A stretch of DNA of 61,788 bases from an uncultured Desulfovibrio sp. (lineage in GTDB: Bacteria > Desulfobacterota > Desulfovibrionia > Desulfovibrionales > Desulfovibrionaceae), in NCBI GenBank assembly GCA_900553145.1, contig USCL01000001.1, positions 1-61,788 of the forward strand, in the 5' to 3' direction. Below, in pieces: positions 11,186-20,496 of this stretch. Below the pieces are notes generated by a model. The model searched no databases. It saw only the letters and a list, made by a program, of their open reading frames with translations, and was not told the origin of the DNA. Position numbers and translations under genes: made by a program. Every line of letters begins with the position of its first letter. Within the stretch, counting starts at the first letter, position 1.

Positions 11186-12556
11186 TTACAGACCGAACTT
11201 CTGTTCGACAGCGGTGAACGCCTTATCGATGCCGTCGACGATTTCGTCGATTTCAGCGGGGGTGGCGATCAGGGCCGGGCAGAGGGTCAGGGTGTTGTTG
11301 AATTCGCGGAAGGAGCGGGAGGTCTTGCCGATGAGCACGCCGGCCTGCTTGGCGGCGCCGACCATCGCGTTGGCGACGGCTTCAGCAATGGGTTCCTTCG
11401 TGGCGCGGTCCTTCACGATTTCGATACCGGCGAACAGGCCCTTGCCGCGGACGTCGCCGATGATGGGATGCTTCGCCATCAGGCCCTTGAGGCCTTCAAG
11501 GAGGCGATCGCCCATCTTGGTGCAGTTGTCGAGCAGGTTTTCACGTTCGATGATTTCGATGTTGGCCAGAGCCGCAGCGGGACCAGAGGTGCAGCCACCG
11601 AAGGTGGAGATGTCGCGGAAGTAAGCGTCGGTGTCGGCCGGGTCGTTGACGAAGTCCTGGAAGACCTTTTCGGTCGTCACGGTGCAGGAGATGGGAGCGT
11701 AGCCGGAAGCGACGCCCTTAGCCATCGTAACGATGTCGGGCTGGACGTTGAAGTGCTGGTAGCCGAACCACTTGCCGGTACGGCCGAGGCCGCAAACGAC
11801 TTCGTCGATGATCAGGAGCAGGTCGTACTTGTCGCAGATCTCGCGGATGGTTTCATAGTAGCCAGCCGGGGGAACGAGGATGCCGCCGCCAGCGGTCATG
11901 GGTTCAACGATCACGGCGCCGAGTTCGTCCGGACCCACGGTCAGGATGACTTCTTCAAGCTGTTTGGCCATCTTCACGCCGAGGTCGGCGCAATCGCCGA
12001 ACTTGGAGCGATAAACGTCGCAGTCAGGGAATTCATAGAAGCCGGGAGCGAAGGGACCGTACTGAACTTTACGTTCGAACTGGCCGCAAGCGCTCAGGGT
12101 ACCGATGGTGGTGCCATGGTAGTCACGGGCACGATACAGGATGCCGGTCTTCTTGCCGCCGTGCTTCAGCTGGCCGATCTGACGGACAATCTTGAAAGCC
12201 TTTTCGTTGGCTTCGGAACCGGAGTTGGAGAGATACACGCGGCTCATGCCGGGCATCTTGGAGATCAGCTTTTCAGAGAACTTGATGGTGGGGACGTTGC
12301 CGATGCCGTTGGCAAAGTAGCACATTTCCATCATCTGCTTGGCGACGGCGTCAACGATTTCCTTGCGGCCGTAGCCGACGTTGACGGTCCACACGCCGCC
12401 GGACACGGCGTCAAGATAGGTCTTGCCGTCGATGTCGGTAATGCGCATGCCTTCGCCCTTCACATAGATGGCGGGCTCGAAATTCTTGTGCTGGGTCAGG
12501 TGGTGCCAAACGTACTTTTTGTCCAGAGCGACCAATTCAGCTTTATCGTAGGTCAT
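11186..12556 (-). CDS. tpa: Taurine-pyruvate aminotransferase (class III PLP enzyme)
   Basis: N-terminus MTYDKAELVALDKKYVWHHLTQH recognised as Bilophila Tpa; SGSEANE, DEVVCGLGRTG and MAKG motifs; GAGGA RBS; 456 aa. Confidence 0.93.
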   Translation of the reverse strand: MTYDKAELVALDKKYVWHHLTQHKNFEPAIYVKGEGMRITDIDGKTYLDAVSGGVWTVNVGYGRKEIVDAVAKQMMEMCYFANGIGNVPTIKFSEKLISKMPGMSRVYLSNSGSEANEKAFKIVRQIGQLKHGGKKTGILYRARDYHGTTIGTLSACGQFERKVQYGPFAPGFYEFPDCDVYRSKFGDCADLGVKMAKQLEEVILTVGPDELGAVIVEPMTAGGGILVPPAGYYETIREICDKYDLLLIIDEVVCGLGRTGKWFGYQHFNVQPDIVTMAKGVASGYAPISCTVTTEKVFQDFVNDPADTDAYFRDISTFGGCTSGPAAALANIEIIERENLLDNCTKMGDRLLEGLKGLMAKHPIIGDVRGKGLFAGIEIVKDRATKEPIAEAVANAMVGAAKQAGVLIGKTSRSFREFNNTLTLCPALIATPAEIDEIVDGIDKAFTAVEQKFGL

Positions 12557-12667
12557 GGTGCATTCCTCATGAAATAATGATGTTATTGTCACAGGAAGGT
12601 TAAAGGAGAAAACCAATTGGCGCACATGGGCCGCTTCCTACCCTTACCCTTGACTTTGACCGGAAAA

Positions 12668-12702
12668 CTGGCCAGTCTCATGCGGACATGAGACTGGGCC
12701 AG
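12668..12702. other. Intercistronic hairpin between ald and tpa
   Basis: CTGGCCAGTCTCATG-cgga-CATGAGACTGGGCCAG; a similar hairpin lies at 11148-11179 between tpa and sarD (mRNA stability or attenuation). Confidence 0.55.
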
Positions 12703-12716
12703 TCATGAATCTCGTC

Positions 12717-13850
12717 TTACTTCAGGATTTCGCAGGTGCAGTTCAGTTCGTAACCGAGAGCATCGGAAACGCCCTTGAAGTACACTTTGCCGTCATAGGT
12801 GTTGATGCCGCGAGCCAGAGCCTTGTCGTCCTGGCAAGCCTTCTTCCAGCCCTTGTTGGCCAGGTCGACCATGTAAGGCATGGTGGCGTTGGTCAGGGTG
12901 AAGGTAGAGGTACGGGCCACGGCGCCGGGCATGTTGCCCACGGAGTAGCAGACCACTTCGCCGCCGTTGACGGGATACTTGAAGGTCGGCTTGTCGTGGT
13001 AGGTAGCGCCGTGCTTGGCGGTGGGTTCGATGCAGCCGCCCTGGTCGATGGCGACGTCAACGATGGCGGAACCGGGCTTCATGGTCTTCACCATGGCTTC
13101 GGTCACCAGTTTCGGGGTCAGAGCGCCGGGGATGAGGACGGAACCCACGAGGAGGTCGGCGTCCTTGGTGGCGGCGGCGATGTTGAAGGCGTTGGAGGCC
13201 AGGGTCTGGATGCGGCCGCCGAAGAGGTCGTCGATCTGGCGCAGGCGGAAGAGGTTGCTGTCAAGGATGGTCACGCGAGCGCCCATGCCCATGGCAACCT
13301 TAGCGGCGGAGAGACCCACGGTGCCGGCGCCGAGGATAACGACGTGAGCGGCCTGCACGCCAGCGGTGCCGCCCATCAGGAGGCCCATGCCGCCTTCGAT
13401 CTTGGTCAGCATCTGAGCGCCCACCTGGGTGGCCATGCGGCCGGCGACTTCAGACATGGGAGCGAGCAGGGGCAGGAAGCCGTTGTCGAACTGCACGGTT
13501 TCGTAAGCGATGCCGATGACCTTCTTTTCAAGAAGAGCCTTGGTCAGGGCCGGTTCCGGAGCGAGGTGCAGGTAGGTGTAGAGGATCAGGCCTTCGTGGA
13601 AGAGATCGTATTCAGGAGCCAGAGGTTCCTTCACTTTCACGACCATGTCGCAATCCCAGCATTCCTTGGCGGTGGCAACCATCTGAGCGCCGGCGGCGAC
13701 ATACTCTTCGTCGGTGATCATGCTGCCGAGGCCAGCGCCCTTCTGCACGAGAACGGTGTGACCGGCTTCTTTAAGAGCATGAACGCCAGCGGGAGTGATG
13801 CCAACGCGGAATTCCTGAACTTTGATTTCGGTGGGGATACCTACACGCAT
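12717..13850 (-). CDS. ald: Alanine dehydrogenase
   Basis: GIPTEIK, VKVKEP, YLHLA, LLAPMSEVAGR, GAGTVG, DVAIDQGG and NMPGAV motifs; 377 aa. Confidence 0.96.
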   Translation of the reverse strand: MRVGIPTEIKVQEFRVGITPAGVHALKEAGHTVLVQKGAGLGSMITDEEYVAAGAQMVATAKECWDCDMVVKVKEPLAPEYDLFHEGLILYTYLHLAPEPALTKALLEKKVIGIAYETVQFDNGFLPLLAPMSEVAGRMATQVGAQMLTKIEGGMGLLMGGTAGVQAAHVVILGAGTVGLSAAKVAMGMGARVTILDSNLFRLRQIDDLFGGRIQTLASNAFNIAAATKDADLLVGSVLIPGALTPKLVTEAMVKTMKPGSAIVDVAIDQGGCIEPTAKHGATYHDKPTFKYPVNGGEVVCYSVGNMPGAVARTSTFTLTNATMPYMVDLANKGWKKACQDDKALARGINTYDGKVYFKGVSDALGYELNCTCEILK

Positions 13851-13926
13851 TTGAGTGCCTCCGAGAGCAGTATGTTGAAGTACGTTTTGAAATTCAGGGT
13901 GGGGTTGTACTCCATGCCCTCTTTAT

Positions 13927-13942
13927 AGCAACTAGCGTTCCA
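13927..13942 (-). promoter_or_regulatory. Sigma-54 (-24/-12) promoter of ald-tpa-sarD
   Basis: The minus strand reads TGGAACG-CTAG-TTGCT, matching TGGCACG-N4-TTGCW; an AT-rich tract lies upstream, followed by a divergent bEBP gene. Confidence 0.8.
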
Positions 13943-14107
13943 TTTTTCTCAAAGTTCATAATAGAGTATTTTTATTATATTTTTTGAAAATATCCTTTTG
14001 CAGGATTTTTGAGCCCAATGCAGTCTCGAATCATTTGCCGCCGAATCAAAGCAATATGCGAGTTGATTTTGCATTACAATGCATAGTTGCATCAGAGAGG
14101 TTCTTCC

Positions 14108-15856
14108 ATGACGTCACACCCTGCCTTTTGCGATCACATTCTCCATCAGAACGAGCTCGTCGCCGCCGGAATATGCCACGGGGATACATGGAATTTAATT
14201 TTTATAAACAGCATGTTAGGAGATATTCTTCAACTTTCTCCCGGCCGGATGGACAACGAGCCGCTTTTGCCCCGCCTGACGCGATGCGGATTTGACGAAG
14301 TGGAAGAAAGCCTGAGCGAACCCCACGGAGGCGAGCTGATCGCCCACCACAGAGAGGGTTCCATGTATATTATCCGCTGGAAAACCGTTTCCATTGGCGA
14401 TTCCGCGGACGGCGAGCAAGTTCGCCTTGTCACAATGTCCAAAATCCCGGTCGATCAGATCAACCGGGTGGCGGAACTGCCGTGGCAGGAATTGACGGTC
14501 CTGCTCGACTCCATCCACGACGGGATCTGGGTCATCGACTCGGACGGCATCACCCTGCGCGTCAACAAGGCGATGGAGCGCATCGCCGGGCTGCGCGCCG
14601 AGGAGGTCATCGGCAAGCATGTGACCGAACCCATGCACAAAGGGCGCTTCGAAACCTGCGTCACCCTGCGCGCGCTCATCGAAAAGCGTTCGGTCACCAT
14701 GTTCGACGACTACTCCAACGGCAAACGCTGCCTGAACACCAGCACGCCCATTTTTGACGAAAAGGGCAACGTCTGGCGGGTCATCGCCTCCATCCGGGAC
14801 ATGACCGAGCTGGAAACGCTCCAGCGCAAGCTCACGGATCTGGAAATGGAGACCCTCGCCTACAAGGCGCGTCTGGAAAACCTCGAAACCGAAATGGACG
14901 CCGGGTTTGTCGGGCACAGCGCCCCCATGCGCCGCCTGCGCAAGGAAGCCTCCAAAGCCGCCCGCACTGAAGCCATCACGCTCATCCTCGGTGAAACCGG
15001 GACCGGCAAGACCCTGACAGCCAAAGCCATCCACGAAATGGGCCAGCGCAGCGCCGAGGCGTTCATCGCGGTGAACTGCGGGGCCATCCCCATGTCGCTC
15101 ATGGAGTCCGAACTGTTCGGCTATGAAAAAGGCGCCTTCACCGGCGCGGCCAAGAGCGGCAAGCCCGGCATGTTCGAGCTGGCCCACAAGGGCACGCTCC
15201 TCCTCGACGAAATCGGCGAACTCCCCCTCCCCATGCAGGCCAAGCTGCTGCAGGTGCTCGACGGCCACCCGTTCCACCGCGTGGGCGGGACAAAGCCCAT
15301 CACCGTGGACGTGCGGGTCATCGCCGCCACCAACAAGCCGCTGGCCGACATGGCGGCTTCCGGGCAGTTTCGCGAGGATCTGTTCTACCGCCTCCGGGTG
15401 CTGACCGTGGAAATCCCCCCGCTGCGGGAACGGCCGGACGACATCCCCGTCCTCGCCATGCACTTTTTGCAGGAGATCATCAAAAAAAGCGGGCTGCAAA
15501 AGAATTTCGATCCGCAGGTCCTGAACTGCTTCCTGACGTACCGCTGGCCGGGGAACGTCCGCGAGCTACGGGCCCTCGTGCAGTCGCTGGCGACCATGAG
15601 CGAGGACGAAACCATCACCATGCAGGATCTTCCACAGTACATGCAGGCCCAGTCGCCCCTTCCGCAAGGCAACGTTTCGTTCCGCCAGCCCATGCGCGAG
15701 GCCGTCGCCGAACTGGAGCGCAACATGATCATGGCCGCGCTCACCGAAACCGGCAGCACCTACAAGGCCGCCCGGCGGCTCAAGGTGAGCCAGTCCACTA
15801 TCGTCAGGAAGGCGCAGCGGTACAAGATCGGCCTGGTGGAAATCGCCCACAAATAG
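14108..15856 (+). CDS. Sigma-54-dependent transcriptional activator (PAS + AAA+ + HTH)
   Basis: PAS region (DGIWVIDSDG), GETGTGKT, ESELFGYEKGAFTGA, LDEIGE and WPGNVREL motifs, C-terminal HTH. Confidence 0.93.
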   Translation: MTSHPAFCDHILHQNELVAAGICHGDTWNLIFINSMLGDILQLSPGRMDNEPLLPRLTRCGFDEVEESLSEPHGGELIAHHREGSMYIIRWKTVSIGDSADGEQVRLVTMSKIPVDQINRVAELPWQELTVLLDSIHDGIWVIDSDGITLRVNKAMERIAGLRAEEVIGKHVTEPMHKGRFETCVTLRALIEKRSVTMFDDYSNGKRCLNTSTPIFDEKGNVWRVIASIRDMTELETLQRKLTDLEMETLAYKARLENLETEMDAGFVGHSAPMRRLRKEASKAARTEAITLILGETGTGKTLTAKAIHEMGQRSAEAFIAVNCGAIPMSLMESELFGYEKGAFTGAAKSGKPGMFELAHKGTLLLDEIGELPLPMQAKLLQVLDGHPFHRVGGTKPITVDVRVIAATNKPLADMAASGQFREDLFYRLRVLTVEIPPLRERPDDIPVLAMHFLQEIIKKSGLQKNFDPQVLNCFLTYRWPGNVRELRALVQSLATMSEDETITMQDLPQYMQAQSPLPQGNVSFRQPMREAVAELERNMIMAALTETGSTYKAARRLKVSQSTIVRKAQRYKIGLVEIAHK

Positions 15857-16016
15857 TTTTCCCGGAAATGCCCGCATACGAATAGGAGGCAAATCAGGCT
15901 GTTGGGATTGCCGGGCGGGGCGAGGTTGACACCTGCGAGTCTCGTGCGCTAAAGCCCAAAATAAGGTGTGGGGTTGCACGCAGCCACGGGACTCAAATGG
16001 AAAGAGAGAGGATTCT

Positions 16017-17018
16017 ATGCTCAAAAGCCTGCTTGCCGCCGCGGTGACGCTCGCCCTTTTCACCTTCCCGGCCCACGCCTCTGACAAAACCATCCTGAAG
16101 GTGGGCATGGGCGATCCCATCGATTCCGAGATGGGGGCCATCGGCACCCGCTTCAAGGAAATCGTGGAAGCCCGGTCCGAAGGCAAGGTGGAAGTCCAGC
16201 TTTTCCCCTCCGGCCAGCTCGGCGACGAAACGGAAATGATCCAGAACGTGCGCGCCGGAAACCTCGATATCGCCGTCGTGGGCATCGCCAACACCGTCCC
16301 GTTCGTGAAAAAGCTCGGCATCCTCACCATGCCCTACATTTTTGACGATATCTACGATGTCGTCCGCGCCACTACGGGCCCCGCCCACGATCTGCTCAAC
16401 GGATATGCCATCCGGGAGGGCGGCTTCCGCATCCTCGGCTGGACCTATACCGACTACCGCTACATCTCCAATTCCCGAAAGCCCATCAAAAACCTGAACG
16501 ACATCAAGGGGCTCAAATTCCGCGTCCCGCAGAGCGCCATCCTGCTCGCCTGCTATAAGGCGTGGGGGGCGAACCCCGTGCCGATCTCGTGGGCCGAGAC
16601 GTTCACCGCGCTCCAGCAGGGGCTGGTCGACGGGCAGTGCTACGGCTACATCACCTTCCTCGCCTGCAAATTCAACGAAGTGCAGAAGTATATCACCGAA
16701 GTGCACTATACCTACCAGCTCCAGCCCATGATCCTCAGCCAGCGGGCCTTCAGGAAAATGCCGCCGGAGATGCAGGCCCTCATCACCAACGCGGGGCGCG
16801 GCGCGCAGGAATACTGCCTTGCCTTCCAGCTCGCCGAGGGCGTGAAGGCACGGCAGCGGCTCATCGAGTCGGGCGTGCAGATCGATCAGCTTGAGGATGA
16901 GCCCGACTGGAAGAAGGCCGCCGTCTCGCAGGTCTGGCCCGAAATGGAGGATTTCGTGGGCGGAAGGGCGGCCATCAATGCATTCCTCTCCACCATCGGG
17001 AAGAAGCCTTGGAAGTGA
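16017..17018 (+). CDS. TRAP transporter substrate-binding protein DctP (candidate taurine/sulfonate binding)
   Basis: Signal peptide; FPSGQLG, GLKFRVPQS and FTALQQGLVDGQ motifs; precedes dctQ and dctM; substrate inferred from context only. Confidence 0.9.
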   Translation: MLKSLLAAAVTLALFTFPAHASDKTILKVGMGDPIDSEMGAIGTRFKEIVEARSEGKVEVQLFPSGQLGDETEMIQNVRAGNLDIAVVGIANTVPFVKKLGILTMPYIFDDIYDVVRATTGPAHDLLNGYAIREGGFRILGWTYTDYRYISNSRKPIKNLNDIKGLKFRVPQSAILLACYKAWGANPVPISWAETFTALQQGLVDGQCYGYITFLACKFNEVQKYITEVHYTYQLQPMILSQRAFRKMPPEMQALITNAGRGAQEYCLAFQLAEGVKARQRLIESGVQIDQLEDEPDWKKAAVSQVWPEMEDFVGGRAAINAFLSTIGKKPWK

Positions 17019-17114
17019 TCCGCCGGGAGGGAAAAGCGGCTTCATAAGGTTGTCTATTCCCGCGCGCTACCCTACACTGGCACAGCGCCGCGCCGGCGCG
17101 TCCGGGGGGGCTTC

Positions 17115-17660
17115 ATGTTCAAGAAGGTTCTTCTAGCGATTCTGGACAATTTTGAAGGATACGTCAGCCAAATCCTGCTTGCATTCTTCGTGCTCATCCT
17201 GCTCTTGCAGATTTTTCTGCGCCAATTTGGGCACCCGCTGTATTGGACTGAAGAACTCGCACGGTATTCCTTCGTCTGGTTCGTCTTTTTCGGGGCCTCC
17301 TATGCGGCCCGCCTTGCCGCGCATAACCGGGTCACCATTCAATTCTACCCCTTCCCCCAGTGGGTGGGGGACGCCTGCATGCTCATCAGCGATGGCGTGT
17401 GGCTGTTTTTCAACATCGTCATGGTCGTGGAGAGCCTCGAGGTGATCGGCGATCTCCGGGAATTTCCGTATGCCACGCCCGCTCTCGACTGGCAGCTCTC
17501 CTCCATCTACTTCATCTTCCCCATTGCCTTTACCCTGATGTCCGCCCGCATCATTCAAGTCAACGTGATGAAATTCATCTTGAAAAGGGAACTTCCCCCT
17601 CCCGACAGGATTGAAGTCAAGGAAAGCCGGAAAGCGTTCGCGGACGGAGAGAAGGCATGA
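17115..17660 (+). CDS. TRAP transporter small permease DctQ
   Basis: 4 TM segments, WTEELARY motif. Confidence 0.9.
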   Translation: MFKKVLLAILDNFEGYVSQILLAFFVLILLLQIFLRQFGHPLYWTEELARYSFVWFVFFGASYAARLAAHNRVTIQFYPFPQWVGDACMLISDGVWLFFNIVMVVESLEVIGDLREFPYATPALDWQLSSIYFIFPIAFTLMSARIIQVNVMKFILKRELPPPDRIEVKESRKAFADGEKA

Positions 17661-18937
17661 GCCCGGCGGGGGTCCTTTTCGCGACCTTCGCGGTGCTCAT
17701 GCTGCTCGGCTCGCCGATTACCGTGGCGCTTGGGGCCGCGGCCATGGCCGCCCTCTATGCGGTGGATCAAAACCTCGCCACGATGGTGCAGATCGCCTTT
17801 ACCTCGGTCAATTCCTTCCCCATCATGGCCTTGCCTGCCTTTATGCTCGTCGGGGCGCTCATGGAGTGCGCGGGCATCTCGCGGCGGCTTGTCGCCATCG
17901 CGGAAAACGTCGTCGGCCCCATCCCCGGCGGGCTCGCCGTCTCCACCGCGCTGGCCTGCGTCTTTTTCGGGGCCATTTCCGGTTCCGGCCCCGCGACGAC
18001 CGCCGCCGTGGGCATGCTCATGATCCCGGCCATGATCCGGCGCGGGTTCAGCAAAGGCTACGCGGCAGCCGCGGCGGCGACCGCCGGGGGCGTAGGCATC
18101 ATCATCCCCCCGAGCATACCGATGGTCGTCTATGCGGTGTCGGGCCAGCAATCCATCACCAAAATGTTCCTTGCCGGGGTGGTCCCCGGCATCATGATCG
18201 CGGTGGGGCTCGCCGTCATGCATCTTTTCCTCTGCCGGAACATGCCCGTTGCGGAAGATCTCCAAAGCGGCTCAGGGGACTCGCTGCTGACCGCGCTCAA
18301 GGATGGCCTTTGGTCGCTCATGGCTCCGGTCGTCATCCTCGGCGGCATCTACGGGGGCTTCTTCACGCCGACCGAGGCCGCCGTGATCGCCATTTTCTAC
18401 TCGATCTTCGTCGGCCTGTTCATCCACCGCGAGCTGACGTTCGGGGGCATCCGGCACTCCCTCCAGATCACCTCATGGATGACCGGGCGCGTGCTGCTCA
18501 TCATGTTCACGGCCTACGCGTTTGAACGGCTGCTCGTCCAGTACCGGATACCGGACATGATCGTGGAGCACATCCTCGGCTTCACCTCGGACGTCTCCGT
18601 CATCTGGATGTTCGTCATCGCCCTGCTGCTCTTTCTGGGCATGTTCATGGAGACGCTGGCCATCATCCTGCTGGCGACCCCCGTGCTCCTGCCGATCATG
18701 ACCGCCTTCGGCGTGGACCCCATCCACTTCGGCGTGGTGCTGGTCTGCTGCTGCGGGGTCGGGTTCTCGACGCCCCCCCTCGGGGAAAACATCTTCATCG
18801 CCTCCGGCATCGCCGACACCACGCTCGAGGATATTTCCTATAACGCCCTCCCCTTCGTCCTCGTGACCGTGGGCGTCATCATCCTCTGCGTCTTCGTCCC
18901 CGGCATCGTGCTGTTCCTTCCGCGCATGATATATTGA
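17657..18937 (+). CDS. TRAP transporter large permease DctM
   Basis: FGAISGSGPAT, IIPPSIPM, FTPTEAA, GVDPIHFG and TPPLG motifs. Confidence 0.93.
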   Translation: MSPAGVLFATFAVLMLLGSPITVALGAAAMAALYAVDQNLATMVQIAFTSVNSFPIMALPAFMLVGALMECAGISRRLVAIAENVVGPIPGGLAVSTALACVFFGAISGSGPATTAAVGMLMIPAMIRRGFSKGYAAAAAATAGGVGIIIPPSIPMVVYAVSGQQSITKMFLAGVVPGIMIAVGLAVMHLFLCRNMPVAEDLQSGSGDSLLTALKDGLWSLMAPVVILGGIYGGFFTPTEAAVIAIFYSIFVGLFIHRELTFGGIRHSLQITSWMTGRVLLIMFTAYAFERLLVQYRIPDMIVEHILGFTSDVSVIWMFVIALLLFLGMFMETLAIILLATPVLLPIMTAFGVDPIHFGVVLVCCCGVGFSTPPLGENIFIASGIADTTLEDISYNALPFVLVTVGVIILCVFVPGIVLFLPRMIY

Positions 18938-19228
18938 GCAAAGGCGGAAGCATTCTCTCACCCCTCCGCCGTCCGGAAAGCCCGGCGCACCTTTTACCAT
19001 GCCTCATGGGCAGGAGGCACACGGCAGCAAGCCCGCGTCCCGGCAATGCCGTTTCGTACAGGCGCACCATGCCCCTTTCCCAAAAGAAAAATCCCAAAGC
19101 TTTCGCTCCGGGATTTGCATGGCACCCAGGGGGTAACGAAAAACTCCCCGCCTCCTCAGGCGGCAGGGGCCGATAACGCCGGATACCTTTGAAAGGGGAT
19201 GGAAGTGCAGGGGCCACGCCGGCAAATT

Positions 19229-19280
19229 TGAGAAAGGAAGGGAAAACCTTTCTCAAGGAATTTTCCCTTCCTTTCCCCCA
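19229..19280 (+). repeat. Degenerate palindromic repeat core
   Basis: GAAAGGAAGGGAAAACCTTTCTCAAGGAATTTTCCCTTCCTTTC hairpin between convergent genes. Confidence 0.5.
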
Positions 19281-19291
19281 TTTTCATAATC

Positions 19292-19540
19292 TCAAAACGT
19301 CGCTTCCTGCCCGGTGGCTTGGGCCAGTTCGCGGAAAAGGCGCAGGCTTTCTTCGGCTTCGGTCTTCTCCATTTTGTGCATGGCGAACCCGGCGTGAATA
19401 ATGATGTAGTCCCCGATTTCCACTTCCTCGGGCAACAAAATCCCGGAAACGGTCAGGCAGGTCGGCCCGTTGCCCACGGTGGCCTTCAGCATTCCGTCTT
19501 CCGATTTTTCAATGACTTTCGCAGGGATGGCAAGACACAT
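19292..19540 (-). CDS. hypC: [NiFe]-hydrogenase assembly chaperone HypC/HupF
   Basis: MCLAIPAKV start and GDYIIIHAGFA motif; 82 aa. Confidence 0.95.
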   Translation of the reverse strand: MCLAIPAKVIEKSEDGMLKATVGNGPTCLTVSGILLPEEVEIGDYIIIHAGFAMHKMEKTEAEESLRLFRELAQATGQEATF

Positions 19541-19736
19541 ATCGAGTCCTTTCGCTGATTGTCGGCCCCGCGGGAACGGAAGGTTCCAAAAAACCGGATG
19601 CCGTGCGGGGAACCGTTATAGTATCCATCCTCAAGCGCCCAGGCAAGCCCGAACCCCCGATTTCGCATGAGATATTCACGAAAAGAACGACCGCACATTA
19701 TTGACATCCCCATCGTTCGGCTTTATGGGTAGTGCT

Positions 19737-20309
19737 ATGAATACGCTAAAGCCCATCAAAGACGCAACGACCGGCTTCTCCCGCTCCGTGCTGGGGACGC
19801 TGCTTTTTGCCCTTGGGGTTTTTCTGTGTTCCTCCTTCTCCGCGCAAGCGCACATAGACAGCGACGTCAGCAAACAGTTTGAAGCCCTCCTTGAAGCGGC
19901 CCCTTCGGCGGACATGCTCAAGGAGCAGCTCTCCAAGCTGGACAGCCATGAACTTGGCCCGCAGCTCCAACGGTTCGACGCCGTTGAGGAGACTTCGGAT
20001 CTCGTCGAGGCGTCGAGTGACTGGCGGCGGCTTGACGCGGCGCTTGCCCGCTCAGAGACGAATCTCTTCACAGGCATTTCCGAAACGCTCAGCGGCAACA
20101 TAAGCCAAACGACGGCACGTACGCCCAAGAGCGCCATCGACAAGACGCCTTCGCAATCCTTGGCGCATGCCGTCGCGCTGGCTTCAGTGCCCGTCTTGCC
20201 GCAGAGATCCGTCATGCCTGCCGCGCTGCCCATCGGCACGCCCATCTGTTTCCTGCCCGCCGAACGCGGGCTCGTTTCCTACCCCACGCCTCCTCCATCC
20301 GGTTGCTAG
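19737..20309 (+). CDS. Secreted hypothetical protein upstream of secDF; candidate translation-arrest (monitoring) peptide
   Basis: Hydrophobic signal (GTLLFALGVFLCSSFS-AQA), soluble body, Pro-rich C-terminus ...YPTPPPSGC; the 3' end is complementary to the secDF RBS. Confidence 0.65.
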   Translation: MNTLKPIKDATTGFSRSVLGTLLFALGVFLCSSFSAQAHIDSDVSKQFEALLEAAPSADMLKEQLSKLDSHELGPQLQRFDAVEETSDLVEASSDWRRLDAALARSETNLFTGISETLSGNISQTTARTPKSAIDKTPSQSLAHAVALASVPVLPQRSVMPAALPIGTPICFLPAERGLVSYPTPPPSGC

Positions 20310-20492
20310 AGCTTCCGCTTTTCCGTCCTTCGCTTTTTGCGTGACAGAAAAGCCCTGACTCGCGAGCAGCCGGTTTTCTGCACTCTTCACACGTCTCCCG
20401 CAGAATATCGGAACATCCGACTCAGTGTGCGTCCTGTCGGCGGTTTTGCCGTTCCCGACAGCATTCTGCTCCTGCAACCGTGTGAGAGAGGC
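20288..20492 (+). promoter_or_regulatory. Structured leader sequestering the secDF Shine-Dalgarno
   Basis: 20288-20312 pairs ungapped with 20468-20492 (18 Watson-Crick + 2 G-U of 25); internal hairpins CAGAAAA/TTTTCTG, TCGGA/TCCGA, CTGTCGG/CCGACAG and GCAGAAT/ATTCTGC. Confidence 0.6.
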
Positions 20493-20496
20493 TTTC

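Noticed and set aside
4086..19540. Hydrogenase maturation protease and hypC as part of a hydrogenase cluster
   Set aside because: They are 15 kb apart with no structural hydrogenase genes in the window; they look like dispersed housekeeping maturation genes.
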